Source of the DNA: Podospora anserina
Lineage: Eukaryota
Assembly (NCBI GenBank): GCA_017654855.1
Contig: CM030332.1
Location: 6,572,001 to 6,636,000 of the forward strand
DNA: 64,000 nucleotides
Reading direction: 5' to 3'
The notes under the pieces were generated by a model. It saw only the letters and a program-made list of their open reading frames with translations, did no database searches and was not told the origin of the DNA. This document shows positions 12,687 to 26,082 of the stretch, piece by piece. The translations under genes and the position numbers were made by a program. The stretch's first letter is position 1. Every line of letters begins with the position of its first letter.

Positions 12687-13746
12687 ATGACCTGCCTCAC
12701 CAACCTCTTCCCCCATCCCCTCCGTGGCCTCCTCCTCGTCACCCCCTTTCTCCTCTCCACCGGCCTCGCCAACCTAACCCTGTTCCTGCTCCCCTTCGCC
12801 AAACTCCTCCTCCCCTCCTCCTTAATCCACACCCTCTGCTCCCTCATCGCCGGCACGCTAGTCTACCGCTTCATCCAGCACATCTTCACTGCGATCAACA
12901 GCGCCGAAATCACCTTTTCCGGCGACACCCCCTTGCCAAACGAGTCCGCCATCGTCATATCAAACCACGTCGCCTGGTCAGACTTTTACCTTGTCCAAGC
13001 TGCTGCTGATAAAGCAAACATGGGAGGCCACACGAGATATTTTGCAAAGGCGGGGTTGAAGTGGGTTCCGTTCTTGGGTTAGGGATTATGGGGGATGGGT
13101 ATGCCTACTGTTACGAGGGAGTGGACGAGGGATAAGAGGGAGTTGGAGAGGGTTTTCAGGGGGGTGAAGGAAGAAGGGTGGAAGACTTGTGAGGTTTCTT
13201 TGGGGGGAAAGTTGATGATGATGAGGGGCTAATGATATGTCTGTAGGGCTGGTATCTTTTTCGGAAGGGTCACGGTTTACACCGGAGAAATACCTCCAGT
13301 CACGGCTCTGGTGCAGGCAGAATGGCAAACCCCAACCAGAGTATCTGCTCTATCCGAGGACGAGGGGATTTATTGCTACGGTGCAGCATTTGAGGAAGGC
13401 GCCGCATGTCAAGGCGGTGTATGATTTGACGTTGGCGTATCAGTGTGGGGAGGAGTTTCAAAAGGCGCCGACGATGTGGGAGACGATTGCAGTCCCGAAA
13501 TTGAGTCTGACTAGGGAGCAAGGGGGGGTGGGGTATCGATTTCATGTACATGTGAGGAGGTTCCCCATTGAGGAGTTGCCGGGGGATGCGGCCGGGCTGG
13601 CGAAGTGGTTGGAGCAGAGGTGGGTGGAAAAGGGGAGGTGGCTTGAGGCGAGGAGGTTGAGGTGGGCGAGTGTGGATGTGCTGAGGAAGACTGACGGGAT
13701 TTTTGGGGGGATGGGGAGGGTGGTGGATGAGGACTCTCGAACGTGA
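12687..13746 (+). CDS. Lysophospholipid/1-acylglycerol-3-phosphate acyltransferase (PlsC/LCLAT1-CST26-like), exons 12687-13188 and 13247-13746, with one in-frame TAG at 13080-13082
   Basis: NHVAWSD (NHxxxxD), FAKAGLKWVPFLG*GLW, REWTRD, FSEGSRFT and LLYPRTRGF motifs all lie in one spliced frame. Intron GTGAGG..GCTAAT..TAG at 13189-13246. Confidence 0.85.
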
Positions 13747-16700
13747 GCGTGGGGAATTCTTGACTGTCATGGATTATGGAAGGTGTTGGTTCACTTTTGA
13801 TTGGTGTAGCCTACAAGCTGTATCATCACAACCATTGCTACCAGTTTGCAAGATGGACTGAGACCAGCTATGAGATGAGCATGTGAACGTGGTGAATGTG
13901 ATGATGGGGTGACTTGGGGTTCAACGAAGGTATGCTGTGGTACGGTACGTTATTGATCATGACGCCCCCAACTGCGAGCCCAACGTCCTTGAGCGGGGAA
14001 AACTGTCCGGTGAGCTATGCAATGGGAGATGTGATATGTCTTTTTGGATGGCATTAGGGCCCCTAGAGACCGTTGTGATCCAGCAACTCCCGGGAAACCT
14101 TTCCGTCTTGTGGTGGCCTGAAGCCTGACTACCGTGTGTCCATGGCTTTTCATTTGCCAGGACACGAAGCTGAAGCCATCGTCAAACGGGGAAGCCCAAA
14201 GTTTACAGCAATCTTGAGACATTTATAGCATCCTGATGTCCCACAACAGCACCAAACAGCAAAGCTAACCAGATAGCTGATTCTGCTGTGAAAAAGGCCA
14301 CCGGGACCACAGCTTTGCTTGGCCCAGTAGAGGTGGCTAATAGGCAAGAAGAGTCGTCCGAGCTTGGGGTGGGCATTCGAGGTATGGTGGCACTGCAGCT
14401 TCCAATAGCTGAAGTTGAGCAAACAGGAGTGGGGGATCACGAGGGGAGGCCGTCGATGGGGATCAGATGTCTTGCTATTACCTACACAGGGTCTTCGCTT
14501 GTGGCTTGTCAGGTGTGTAACAGGTAGAGACAAGGGGAATCAAAGTTGTTTGAGTGTCTGACAAGCGTATGTGCAGCAACGCCTATCACCTTTTATCCCG
14601 CAATGATCGTCAAAGAGTGACGGTTAGTCGGGAAAGGGGTCTGGAACCTTTGGGGTTGCGACAAAGCCCAGTCCGCTTAGGTTGTCCGCGGACCAACTAC
14701 GGGGAAGAGCCCAGCGCAAGCGGGCGATCGAGATCAGGGTTGAGGGGGAAGAGGGGTAAACTACGGGGAATAGGAGTCAATTGCACCGTCACGTGGTGGT
14801 GATTATTAGTAGTTGTGGAAGTTCTGCACTTCATTTTGAGCGACATTGAAAGAGGGCTGGTGGCGCTAAGGGATATGCAGTCCTTTTGAAAAATCGACTG
14901 TTCAGATGTCTGTCGTCATATCGTCGGAGACAGGGAGGCCAAAATAGAGGAAGAGATAGGAAGAAAGATGTCGGCTGAAGTCTCGAATCTCCAACGGCTT
15001 CCGGCAGAGCAAAGCCGTGACGACGGAACCGGGTGAGGGTCACCCATCCAATGCTCATAGACAGCCGAGTCGTCCCCAAAGTTTGACACAGCCGTCTGTG
15101 CTGTGCTTGGGTAGCGACAATCCAAATTGAAAAGGCATCGAGCGGATGAGACCGTGGTGGGATGGACGAGAGGGCCCTTCGTATGCCATGTGTTGGGTTG
15201 CATTGTGTATGCAGACTCGTTCCACCGAGACACACCATCAAGCCGCCTCAATAGTATGATGGCAACGCAGCTCAATAGCCTCAGGAGGGGGACGCTGCAA
15301 CAAAACGACGATGACTCTTTGTTGCTTGCTGCGGGCACCGCTGGAAACTCCGCATCAGACTATCACCTGGCGTGCTTGCATTGCTGCAGGGTAATGCCAC
15401 CCACAGGAGCGGTAACCGACCTTTCATCCCAACAATGCACTCAACTTTGCTGCTACATCAAGCATGCTGCATCAGCAGTGATAAGTTCTTGGCTCCAGAT
15501 CGGGATGCTCTCCAACCCCTCCCTACTGGCCATTGTGCGTCCCAAGACATTCCACCCTGAACTTCTTCCATTGGCAACGCGGAGGGGTCCGTCTGTGGGC
15601 TAACTTCGAGTTCGACCCAGCTTGAGGAACGCCTATGAAGTCATCTGTGGATGCGTTTGTCTGAGGATCGAGCGATGATCGAGGCGGTCTAGATGAAGTT
15701 CTGGGGAAAAAGGAGGGGTCTTCGGGTAGCAGAGCCAATCTAGAGGAGCAAGTGACGGGAGCTTGTTCAATCGGCCGAGATATGGTTATTGCCAGCGGAA
15801 ATGGTAAAGAAACCAAGTCATGGGCTGGATAGACGTTGACTGGGTCTGATCCTGTGTCATTTGGTTGTCTCGTGCGACTAAAAGTCATGCAGGATAAAGA
15901 GAATCAGCCAACGAATGGCTTGATGGAGGGGGTGACGTTTGTTGTGATGGTAGATCTGTTTCCTCAACCGTGTCGTTTCTTTTGATCGGCCCACAGCAAT
16001 TCGGCAAACCCCAGGAGAGGGTAATCAAAAACTGAGCGATGACATGTTGAACGTTTCAAAGACACAAGAAAACGATTTCTCAGAACTCCGAGTCTGTCTG
16101 AAGTGGCCCCAATTGCTGACCACACGTGTGGTCAGTGCTCCTGTTGTGGTGGAAGATCCAGATCATGACCAAATCCACATTCGGGTTTGGGGGACTTTAC
16201 CCCGCCAAGTGCCAAACTGAATGACCACTCCAATCCGACAGCCAGACCCTGGGCATGGAAAGCATGACAGCAAAAAGGGGTTCGAGACAACCTGAAAAAA
16301 CAGCCGTGTTATGGCTATCTTGAGCTCCTCCTTCAGACCACGGCAACGGGCTGAATTGGCATTGTTGTTTTGTTTCTTGAGACTGAAGCTGCCAAATTGT
16401 AGCACTACCTTGGTTCGCGGAACACCCGCTAGCACATAATTGGTACTGATACTGCCAGGGAACATCCTGGAAGCAGCAGCTGACGCACTGCTGATTGGAC
16501 AAGACCGGCTTCTTCCCCGCTTTCAACGGTACCCCACGCATACGCAGGAAGAGCAAGAGAGCCAGTCAGTCCAACTCGCTTCGTCAGGAACTGCTTCTTT
16601 CCTATCTCTTGGAAAGAAGATGGCAAGCAAAGCCGGGGACAAACATTCTGGATGGGGATAATCTGATAGAATTTCCTGAGCCACAGATTGAAGTGAGAAG

Positions 16701-17735
16701 CGAGTGGCACAGACAGACACCTGGTACCTAGACAGACCCAGACACAGACAGCACCGGTGCCGGACAGGTCGGTAAGGTTGCTTTTTTTCGCTGACCACGC
16801 GCACCCATCAACTCGCCAATCACCCACAGACAAACCTGCCAAGGGCCAAGGAAACAAAGGACCTCCCCACTTAAACTTTGGCTGGGACAACAAAACCCAC
16901 CTGAGCCCGAGTCAACGACGACGACACCTCTGGACAACACAGCCAGCACAGCCAGGCCGTATCCTTGCCGAGCGACTCCTCCCGCAGCTGTTTCGTGTCT
17001 TGCTGCCCGCCTTGTCTGAGAATTGTCGCGTCGAGCCGAATCACAGCCCCGCGATCGAGTCGTTTTCCCGACAGTCCCTTGGGCCTGTGCCCACAGCGCA
17101 CCGTGACCGAGGGCGTGCGAGCGGCGTGCGTGCTGTACGTGCTCTAGCTGCTATCGATAACGAGGTCCCGCGGTCGTTCTGCTCCACAGTTGCCCGCCCT
17201 AGAGCCGCCATTGAGCCCAGCCTGTCTTCTCGGGCAAAGCGAGTGGTTCTTTGCTGTTGCCCATGCCCCCAGAGTGAGCACTTCCAAGCCAGCGCGAAAT
17301 AACGACCACCTACTCCCAATCCACGGCGGCGATACCTTCACGTCAAGAACAGCATGTCTCAGGCTTGTGCTGGGTTCTAGCTTTTGGCATCTTGGGCCTC
17401 TACTGCCCTGCTCCGGCCCCACCTGCGAGCATTTGGCTGCTCTCCAGTTACCAGCCACACGCCGAGAAACCTTCGACGACCAATTTCACCGTCTGCTTGA
17501 CAGACAAACAACGTTCTTTGCCGGCCAGAAAAAGAGACAGGTTACAACGGAAAGTCCCTCGATGCTCAACCTCCCAACCGCCAGGGGATACCCTTGAGTC
17601 CATCCTCTCGCCTGTCGTATACATCTACATCCACCACCAGCCCTTCAGATTAACTTGTCGAGGGATATCACCCAGTCTACAATTGTCAATGTTGTCGAAT
17701 GAATAAGGAGCCGCCAGAATAGCCACTTTACTGCA

Positions 17736-20700
17736 ATGGAAGAAGAGCCTACCCCACCCAACATGCTGGCCCCGCCGGCCTTGAACTCGCTCCGGGCCGG
17801 CGGCATGGAGAGATCGTTCAGCGAGAACATTCGTGAGGAGAGAGAGGAGCTCCGAGAGGCTGCCGAGCAGACTCTCAATGTCCTTCTGGATCTTAACCTC
17901 AATGGGACGATTCGATGGGTGAGCCCATCCTGGGTTGATGTGATTGGGACACCACCAGAATCCGTCATTGGAACACCAATTGCCGACCTTGTTGTCAGCG
18001 AAGACCCGACTATCTTCTCCAAGGTTGTGCAGGACATGAAAGACGATGACCGGCGCAGCCAGTTTATACGATTTGCTGTCAAGCTGGGGCCCATGGCAAA
18101 GCTTTACCCGGTCGAGATGATTGGAGAGCCTGCTGAGGAAATGCCCCTCCCTACTGTTGAGCTAGAGGCCCAGGGTATCATGGTGTATAGTGGTGCGTCT
18201 GAGGGAGAAAGCCATGTGAGTTGCATCAGATGAATGCCATTTCTCGACCCAGGCGCTAATGCTTTCTCTTCAGAGCATGTGGATGATCAGACCCTGGGTA
18301 GCCCCACGAGAGATCAAGATTGATTTACCACCGGTTATCGTTGATTCTCTCGGGTCCGGCGCTGAAGTGTTGGCGAGTTACCTGACCCAACTCGCAGAAT
18401 CCGGACTTGACGATCCAGCCCTCCATCCCCCGCCCCTTCCGGTTCTTTGCCGAATTTGCGAACGTCAGATTTCCCCGTGGTGGTTTGAGAAGCACACAGA
18501 CCTCTGCTTGCAGGAACATCGAGCTGAGATGGATGTTCAGATGGCGCAAGAAAATCTGACTGAGCACAGGAGCGCGATTGTCAAGGTTCTCGACGCGTTA
18601 GGAGACACTCGACGAAGTCGCTCCTTGGTAGGAGAGCCATCGCCGCCATTGGCTGCTGAATACAAAGGGTTGCTTATTAGGGCGCCTACCTCGGCTACTT
18701 CTTCCCCGGGCACATCATCGCCAATCCTTGGCGCAGGTCGGTCGCGAGAACGATCGTCTGGATTTGGACATGCGCGAGCGCGGTCCTTCGCCGTGCGCAG
18801 GCCGCAGGTCCGGATTGTTGAGCTCTTACTGGATCTTTGCGATACAGCCATTGAAATCAGCACGCCGGCCATCAAGGAGTCGCCCCAGCCAGACGGTGAA
18901 ATTCGCACGCAGTCCCCTCAGTCGGAAGGACATATCACGCAGGTTTTACAGTGGGAGACCCCAGGAACCAACACACTGGAACAGGAGCAGGGGCTTGCCC
19001 TGCTTTGCAGTGATACAGAAAAAGTAGCTCGGGACAAGGTGGAGGCCGTATTCCGTCACCGACGAATCTTGGAGTATGCCGAGCGAATTCGCGTCGAGTT
19101 TGCCATTATCGTTCAAAACTGTATCGATAAAGCCTTGCGTAGTGCGGCTAGGATTGCCTCTGGACATCCCCTCAGTGACACGACCGAGGATGAAGACGAG
19201 GCTGCCGTCATTGCGCCATCTCGGGGGGAGGAGGATATCTTTGTGGGAAGTTTTGATGAGCACCCTTCTGGTTTGGCTTTGGCATTAGAAAATGCAGATA
19301 TTGATGAAGATCCTGAAAGACGGCGTTCGTCTGCTGTCCACTCTACGAGATCAAGCAGTCCCCGAGAGTGCCCAACGCCGCGATCTCACCGAGGTGCCAC
19401 AGCCAACTTTTCGGGTGCGAATCAGTCTCGACGAGAATCAATGATTTTTGAGAGCGATGCGGGTGCGGACAGCGATGGAAGCTTGCGATCAGCATCCGTG
19501 GCGTCAAGGCCGCCGCCGCGGACAGACTCGCCCATGTCCGAGTTCAGTGATCTCCGCCGGCAGGCAAGTTCGCGACAACATCATCGCAGAAGCCTGATTC
19601 TCCCCGGAGCCGTGTCTCCGCGGCGGCAGGAATCGCCATCACGTATGGGTCCGCCGTCGTCCCCCCTTCGGATTCACAAGCCCCGTAGCTTTCCCTTCTC
19701 CTCAGACGCTCTTGTGTCTCCTGAGGCGTCCCCGTTGCTCACACATAGCGAGTTCACTTCGCCGAGCGTTCCCCATCATGTTCACCACAGAAGACAATCC
19801 TCGGCTGCTGTCTCGGCATCCACCGGGGACTTGCCCCTGAGCATCAAACCGCCTGTATCGCCACGACTAGCGCCTCAAGCCAAGGCCGTGCCTCCGTCGA
19901 TCAGAGACTTCGAGATCATCAAGCCCATCAGCAAAGGCGCGTTTGGTAGCGTCTATTTGTCCAAAAAGAAGTCGACAGGCGAGTACTTTGCCATCAAAGT
20001 ACTCAAGAAAGCTGACATGGTCGCCAAGAATCAGGTCACCAACGTTAAAGCGGAACGGGCCATCATGATGTGGCAAGGTGAAAGCGACTTTGTTGCCAAG
20101 CTATACTGGACCTTTTCGAGCAAAGACTACCTGTACCTCGTAATGGAGTACCTCAACGGAGGGGATTGTGCGGCACTCATCAAGATTCTGGGCGGTCTAT
20201 CTGAGGAATGGGCAAAGAAGTATCTGGGCGAGGTTGTTCTCGGTGTTGAGCACTTGCACAGCCGCGGAATCGTTCACCGAGATCTCAAGCCTGATAACCT
20301 GCTGATTGATCAGAAGGGCCACTTGAAGTTGACCGACTTCGGTCTTTCACGGATGGGTTTGATTGGTAGGCAGAAGCGGGCACTGAACAGCGGCACTGAT
20401 GCTGCCCCCGACTTGCTCAAGCAAGGACCGTTCGCTCGGTCGACATCCATCGCATCATCCAGGTCGACTTCCATGGACCTTCAAGGCCGCAGCCACTCGC
20501 CTGGTTCCACGCCGCAAATGACTCCTAGCGATTGCGCCGTGAGCCTAGGACCACCCTCCTACTTCAACCTTGGCACATTGTCGCAGGAACCACGTCGTGT
20601 GTCCACTCAGCGCAGCGACAGTGGCGGTAGTGAAGCACTGTCGCAGATGATTGGGAATCTATCTTTGGCTGATCCTCAAGTGAGCTACTCATCATCGGCC

Positions 20701-23628
20701 ATTCTTTCCCCTGCCGAGGGGAGTGAAGTTGAGCCTGGCGCATCCCCAGACTTTGCCTCCCTTTCCCACGTCACTTCACACAACGGTCTCGAGTCCCACA
20801 GGGGCACTCCTCCGCAGCCATCAATGGCGCCGCCAAATTGGGCTCTGTTTGACCCCGAAGATACCACCCGCCGCTTCGTTGGCACTCCGGATTATCTTGC
20901 TCCGGAAACAATCAAAGGCGAACCTCAAGACGAAACCAGTGATTGGTGGTCCGTTGGATGCATCTTGTACGAGTTCCTCTACGGCATCCCGCCGTTCCAC
21001 GCCAGTGAGGCCGAGCAGGTATTTGAGAACATTCTTGCCCGGAGAATGACGTTTCCTGAGATGGACCCAGAGATATCACCCGAGGCCAAAGATATCATCA
21101 ACAAGCTGCTTTGTATGGATCCCAGCCAACGCCTGGGTGCTAACAAGGACGATAAGTTCCAGAGCGGAGGCGAGGAAATCCGTCATCATCCTTGGTTCAA
21201 TGGTGTGAACTGGGACACGTTGCTTCAGGATGAGGCCGAGTTTGTGCCCCAGCCGGAAGACCCTGAGGATACCGAGTACTTTGACTCCCGTGGCGCCACG
21301 CTCCAGTCTTTTGTGGAAGAGATGGAGGATCAGAGCTCGCCCCCTCCCGGTGGCCCCCTTTCCGACAATTTTGACCGACCGCACGATGCCCTGTCTCGGG
21401 TTAGATCCCAGGTCAACTCCATGAAGCGTGGTTTGATGCCTCTGCACATTCCTCCGCACGTTAGAGACCACAAGAGTAGCCGGAGGCTCAGTGAACCTGT
21501 GGCCGCTGATGACTTTGGGAATTTCACTTTCAAGAACCTGCCTGTTCTCGAAAAGGCGAACAAGGATGTGATCCAGAAACTGCGCGCAGAAGCTCTCGCG
21601 GGCTCAAACAAACCCATCAGTCCCGGCGGAGCGAGCAACAACAGCATTACTTCTACCGGAACAGGCCTTGAGGGTAGTCCCATCATTGCCAATCCGGTTC
21701 AGCGGACGCTATCCAATGCCAAAGCTACTCAACGGCCCCAGTCGCCCTCTGGTCTGAGCCACGCCAACTCGTCTCCCAGTCGTGCTTCCCAGCCTTCGTC
21801 GCCCCTATTGGTCTCTTTTGTGGCAGGCCAAGGCGAGAATAGACGCAAGGCCTCTGCGAACTCGAATACATCGCAGCCCTCAACAACGACAAGTTCACTG
21901 CAGCCGGGAAATTTCTTCGATCTACCCCGCGTTCCGCCTAGTCTGCAGAAAGCGGCCACTAGTGTTGCTGCTTCACCGTCCCCGGTGAAAAGTCGTGGGG
22001 GAGGGTTGCCTCCGCTGCCGCTCTCGTCACCGTCAAAGCCAATGCCGAATCACCTGATGTCTACTCCCAGGCACAGCGGAAGCTCCGTCGGCGGACGTTC
22101 CCGTTCGTTGACGGTGGGCTCGCAAGAAGGTAGCCCGGTGGCAGCAGATCTCTTCTTGGCGGCTGCTCATAAGAATCGTCGCAGCCAAGTATTTGACATG
22201 TCACCATCATCCTCGGACAACGAGGGCGACAAGGCCAATGCGCTGCTCAGAGTTCAACGACGGCGTCAAAGCTCGAGACGCATGTCATATATCGCGGCAA
22301 ATGAGGGCATTCCTATTTTCCGTGCCCTCGACGTTTTGATATGCGATGATCATCCCATCTCCCGCATGGTGATGGAAAAACTCCTGGAGAAGCTGCGGTG
22401 CCGTACCGTTGCCGTATCAACAGGTCCTGAGGCCATTCGATACGCCATGAGCGACATCAAGTTCGACATCATTTTCCTGGAGTTTAGGTTGCCGCAGATT
22501 TCAGGTTGGGACGTTGCCCGTATGATACGCGAGACCAAGCATGCAAACACCCATACTCCCATTGTTGCGATCACAGCCTACTTGAAGGATCTGAACGGGC
22601 CTTATCTCTTTGACTCGCTCATCGAGAAACCGATCAGCTCATCAAAGCTAACCGAGGTTCTTTGTTCGCTTTGTCAGTGGAAAGCGCCCATGCCCGGCCA
22701 GCTGGTCAACACAACTCAAACATCGTTGCCGCTGCCGCATCCTGTTCCTTCGAGTCTCCGACAACAGGAAACCTTTCGACTTGAGGACAGCCCCACCTCT
22801 AATTCGTCTGGATATGCCAATCGTTCGAGCAGCAGCTTCCGGGAGGACTCAATCGCATCTAGTCTATATGGAGACTCGGAGTCCGTCATGACAGACGACA
22901 TTCCGGTTCTGATCAGCAGGAAAGCCACTGGTGACTGGGAAGAGGGCGGCGGACTTGGCATCTCAGGTGCCGAGGAGATATTGTCGGGCCAAGGCGAGCC
23001 GATGAGGTCTCCCACGCTCCCTCATCTGGTGACTCAGCAATCAGCACCAAGCCAGATGGAACACTCGCCGCTCCAAAAGAAAGGACCGATGCCTCAGCGT
23101 TCCTTTGAGAAGTTAAAGGCGAGGCGCGAGTCGCTCGAAAAACGGAGGTTCGAGGGCAATGTTGATTCGGCTGATGACGAAGACGACGAGTTGGATGCGG
23201 GGGGGACTGGCCGTACCCCGGCCTCTCCATCTGCTAAACACTCGCGCGCTAAGCAACAGCTGCCCTCGTCCAAGCTTGGCATCGAGATGATGAGGGCAAA
23301 CAGCCACGACAGCATGCTAGAGCCTCAGACACAAGTAGCCACGCCGAATCATGAAGGTCAGCTTGAATTCCCCGAGAGTATCGGGCCGGAGATTGCCCCA
23401 ACTCCTATCACGCCGCTTTCCAAGGTGGTGGAGGATCTCAACGAGGGAGTAGAGACGCCACCGGCTGCTGAGGGAGAAAGCGTCGACAAGGCAGATATCG
23501 ACGTAGATGAGACTCCCCGTCCCAATTCGACCTTGGCATTCATGGCGTCCATTGACGAAGACCCGACTCCTCGCCCCCCTGCGCGGGTAACCGATAGAGA
23601 CAACGTCTTGCCTTTTTCTGGGATTTAA
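17736..23628 (+). CDS. RIM15: RIM15/Cek1 serine-threonine kinase (PAS, zinc finger, split AGC kinase, receiver domain); exons 17736-18215, 18274-23628
   Basis: N-terminal PAS, CRICERQI..FEKHTDLC, IKPISKGAFGSVYL, HRDLKPDN, DFGLS, a long insert, FVGTPDYLAPE, and a C-terminal REC domain (VLICDDHP). Confidence 0.95.
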
Positions 23629-24621
23629 ATTGCCGCTACAAGCCCCAACCACAAACACACACATACACATAACACATACACGAACCCAAGATTTCCTTTC
23701 ATTGTCTTGTCAACATATCATCGCTCAATATTTCATTTTGAGTCAGCGCGGCGTTTTACTGGCGGGAAGGAAGCTTGATGGAAGCTGAAGACTGCATCAC
23801 GAACCAACTCTTTGCTTTTGCTCTTTCATTTGTTATTTTTTTGGCATAGTGTGTACGAGTTGATTAGTCGAGCATCAAGAAGTGAAGTTGGGATGAGGAA
23901 GATGGTAGTGTTGTTTCAGATATGTGATTTTTTTTTAATTTTTTATTTTTTTTGCAAGCTGACTTCGGTACATGTGTTGCCCGAGAAGGAAGGAGGGACT
24001 GAACGTTGTATTGCACAGCAGATACATTTTGGAATGTGATATTTTGGCGATGAAGATGGTTCGTTTGAACAAATTGATTTGAGATGAGTTGAGCTTTTGC
24101 GGGTTTTGTTGTGTGCTTCTTGAATGTTGTATGTCGCTTACCCCCCGTTTTTTTGAGCGTGCTTTGCAGAGTTATTTGTGGGATGATAGTAAGCACGCTT
24201 TTGCAGAGGATGTAACCTTTTGTGGGATTAGGTCACAGGGCTTGGGGGGTGAGAGTGATAATATAAGATACTAGATTGCAAAGCGGCTGTTCTCGTGATG
24301 GTGATATATCTGTGCACTGAGATGGCTTGTCCACGAGAAGCTGGCGAGTTAGTGTAGGGTTAAGACAGGAGGATAGGGGGCGCTCTCCTTGAGGGCTGGG
24401 TAGCGTGAGGTGAGCTGTGACTAGCCGGCCGGGCTTCTCCGTATGCGGCTCGGGGTCCTTGTGGCTTGCAGCAGCCGAGACATTTTTTGACTGCAACACA
24501 ACATGACATCACACAGGGCCTCTGCTGTGAAGTGTGTGCCGACTTCCGTTGAAGTTTTTCCGCCTTTTCGTCTTCCCCACAGGCCAACAACCATATATTA
24601 TCCACCTTCTCGAAGTCCACC

Positions 24622-24627
24622 CACGTG
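24622..24627. promoter_or_regulatory. CACGTG E-box, candidate NUC-1/Pho4 site
   Basis: Perfect CACGTG ~1.46 kb upstream of a Pho84-family transporter. A short motif like this may occur by chance. Confidence 0.3.
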
Positions 24628-25007
24628 TGTAAACTATTGGATCAGAATAGCCCCGAGGGTGCCCGCTGTTGAGTTTACGGATGGTAGGGATGTGACCCCG
24701 AACATGCTGTACATTCGGCCGCATTCATGGGAGCTGGCGGACAGCATATTCCTGTGTCGCGTGCTCAACATCCGGATCAGCATTGCACAGTCTGCCCTAT
24801 GAGAACAACCTGAGTAGCACAGAAAGCCAAGCACAAACAAGCTCACTTGGCTGTATTGGCATCATTGGCATTGCATTGGCAAAGCATTGGCGACATTGCT
24901 TGTTGTTGTCTTGGGAGCTCTTGGGGGTGGCTTGACTGTCCTAGCTACGGGTTCAGTCCTAGGACCATCCTTGACCCCGCGAGCCCCCACCAGTGTCAAG
25001 AAGTGTC

Positions 25008-25013
25008 CACGTG
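25008..25013. promoter_or_regulatory. CACGTG E-box, candidate NUC-1/Pho4 site
   Basis: Second perfect CACGTG, ~1.07 kb upstream of the transporter ATG. Confidence 0.3.
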
Positions 25014-26082
25014 CACGGGACTTGCCTCGACCGCCTCGAACACCACAGGAGCGCAGGCCGAGCAAGAGTCAGCAATATTCCATGCGAGTTTGTCTAAAGC
25101 TCTGACTCTTGGAGGCGAAGGTAGGGGCCGGTGCTTAGGCGAAGCTCGGTGGCAGACCAAAGCAGGCTCTTCAAAGGGTGCGGACCCCTGAATGGGAAGA
25201 TTGGACGATGATGGCCTTGACTATCAGTTTGCAGCAGATCGGGCGGTAAAGACTGATAAAGATGGATTGAGTCACCGCCGAGAGAAGTGTTGGTGCCGAG
25301 GCCTGAAAGCAAAGCTTTTTGAAAGCTTTGGAGCTTCACATCAGTAGCGAACTGGCAGCTGCCGCCCGGCTGCTCGTTGAAAAGCGGCCCACGCGACCAC
25401 TTTCCGTATGGGGCAGAGCACAAAATATGGGGGGAGTGGCAAGGTGGCCGGCAGTCGAGCAAGTTGTAGAAATTGCTGAGAGGGCGATACCACGCCTCCA
25501 AACTCGCCAAAAAAGTGACCAAACGCCCCTCTCTTTAGACTCCATGGCGCTGTGCCACTGCCCGCTGCGTAGATTCCCGTGACAAGACAAACCCTGTCCT
25601 GCGATAAGCTTCCTGTCGTGAGAAGAGGGAAAAAAAAAAAAACCACATCCCCACCCCTCCTCACATCGGCCATCGTCGCTACTGGCCCCGAGGGAGTGGA
25701 CGTTTTATCCATCAAGACCCCTCTCCCGCCTCCCGTGCTCCATCACACCTTCCCCTCTACAAAGTACACAACACCCACACCTACCCACAGATTACTTTAC
25801 TTAAAAGGAAGTTGAAAACGTTTTGACCTTTTCCCCTTCTTCCCCTTCTTTCCCTCTTCCTCCCGCAAGTCTCAACGAACGACTAGTGGACTAGCCGGGA
25901 CACTGGCTCGGTTTTAAACTTTACCTTTTCTCCCCCTTCCCACTTCCCTTATTTTTTCTTCTACACCCTCCCCTAAAACTACCCATATCCTCGGTATCTC
26001 TTCCTTTTTATCACCAGCTCGAACCTGAGCATCTGGTTTGTTTGCCAAAGCGCGGGGGGATTTTTACGTACAGAATCGGCAG

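Noticed and set aside
13078..13246. Alternative long intron (GTTAGG donor) that would remove the acyltransferase TAG
   Set aside because: It is in frame, but it deletes 37 codons with family-typical sequence, and a better GTGAGG donor exists at 13189. Disfavoured, though not excluded without RNA data.
13900..17700. Many overlapping 60-180 aa ORFs upstream of RIM15
   Set aside because: No domain motifs, codon bias or consistent splice model; treated as promoter/5' leader.
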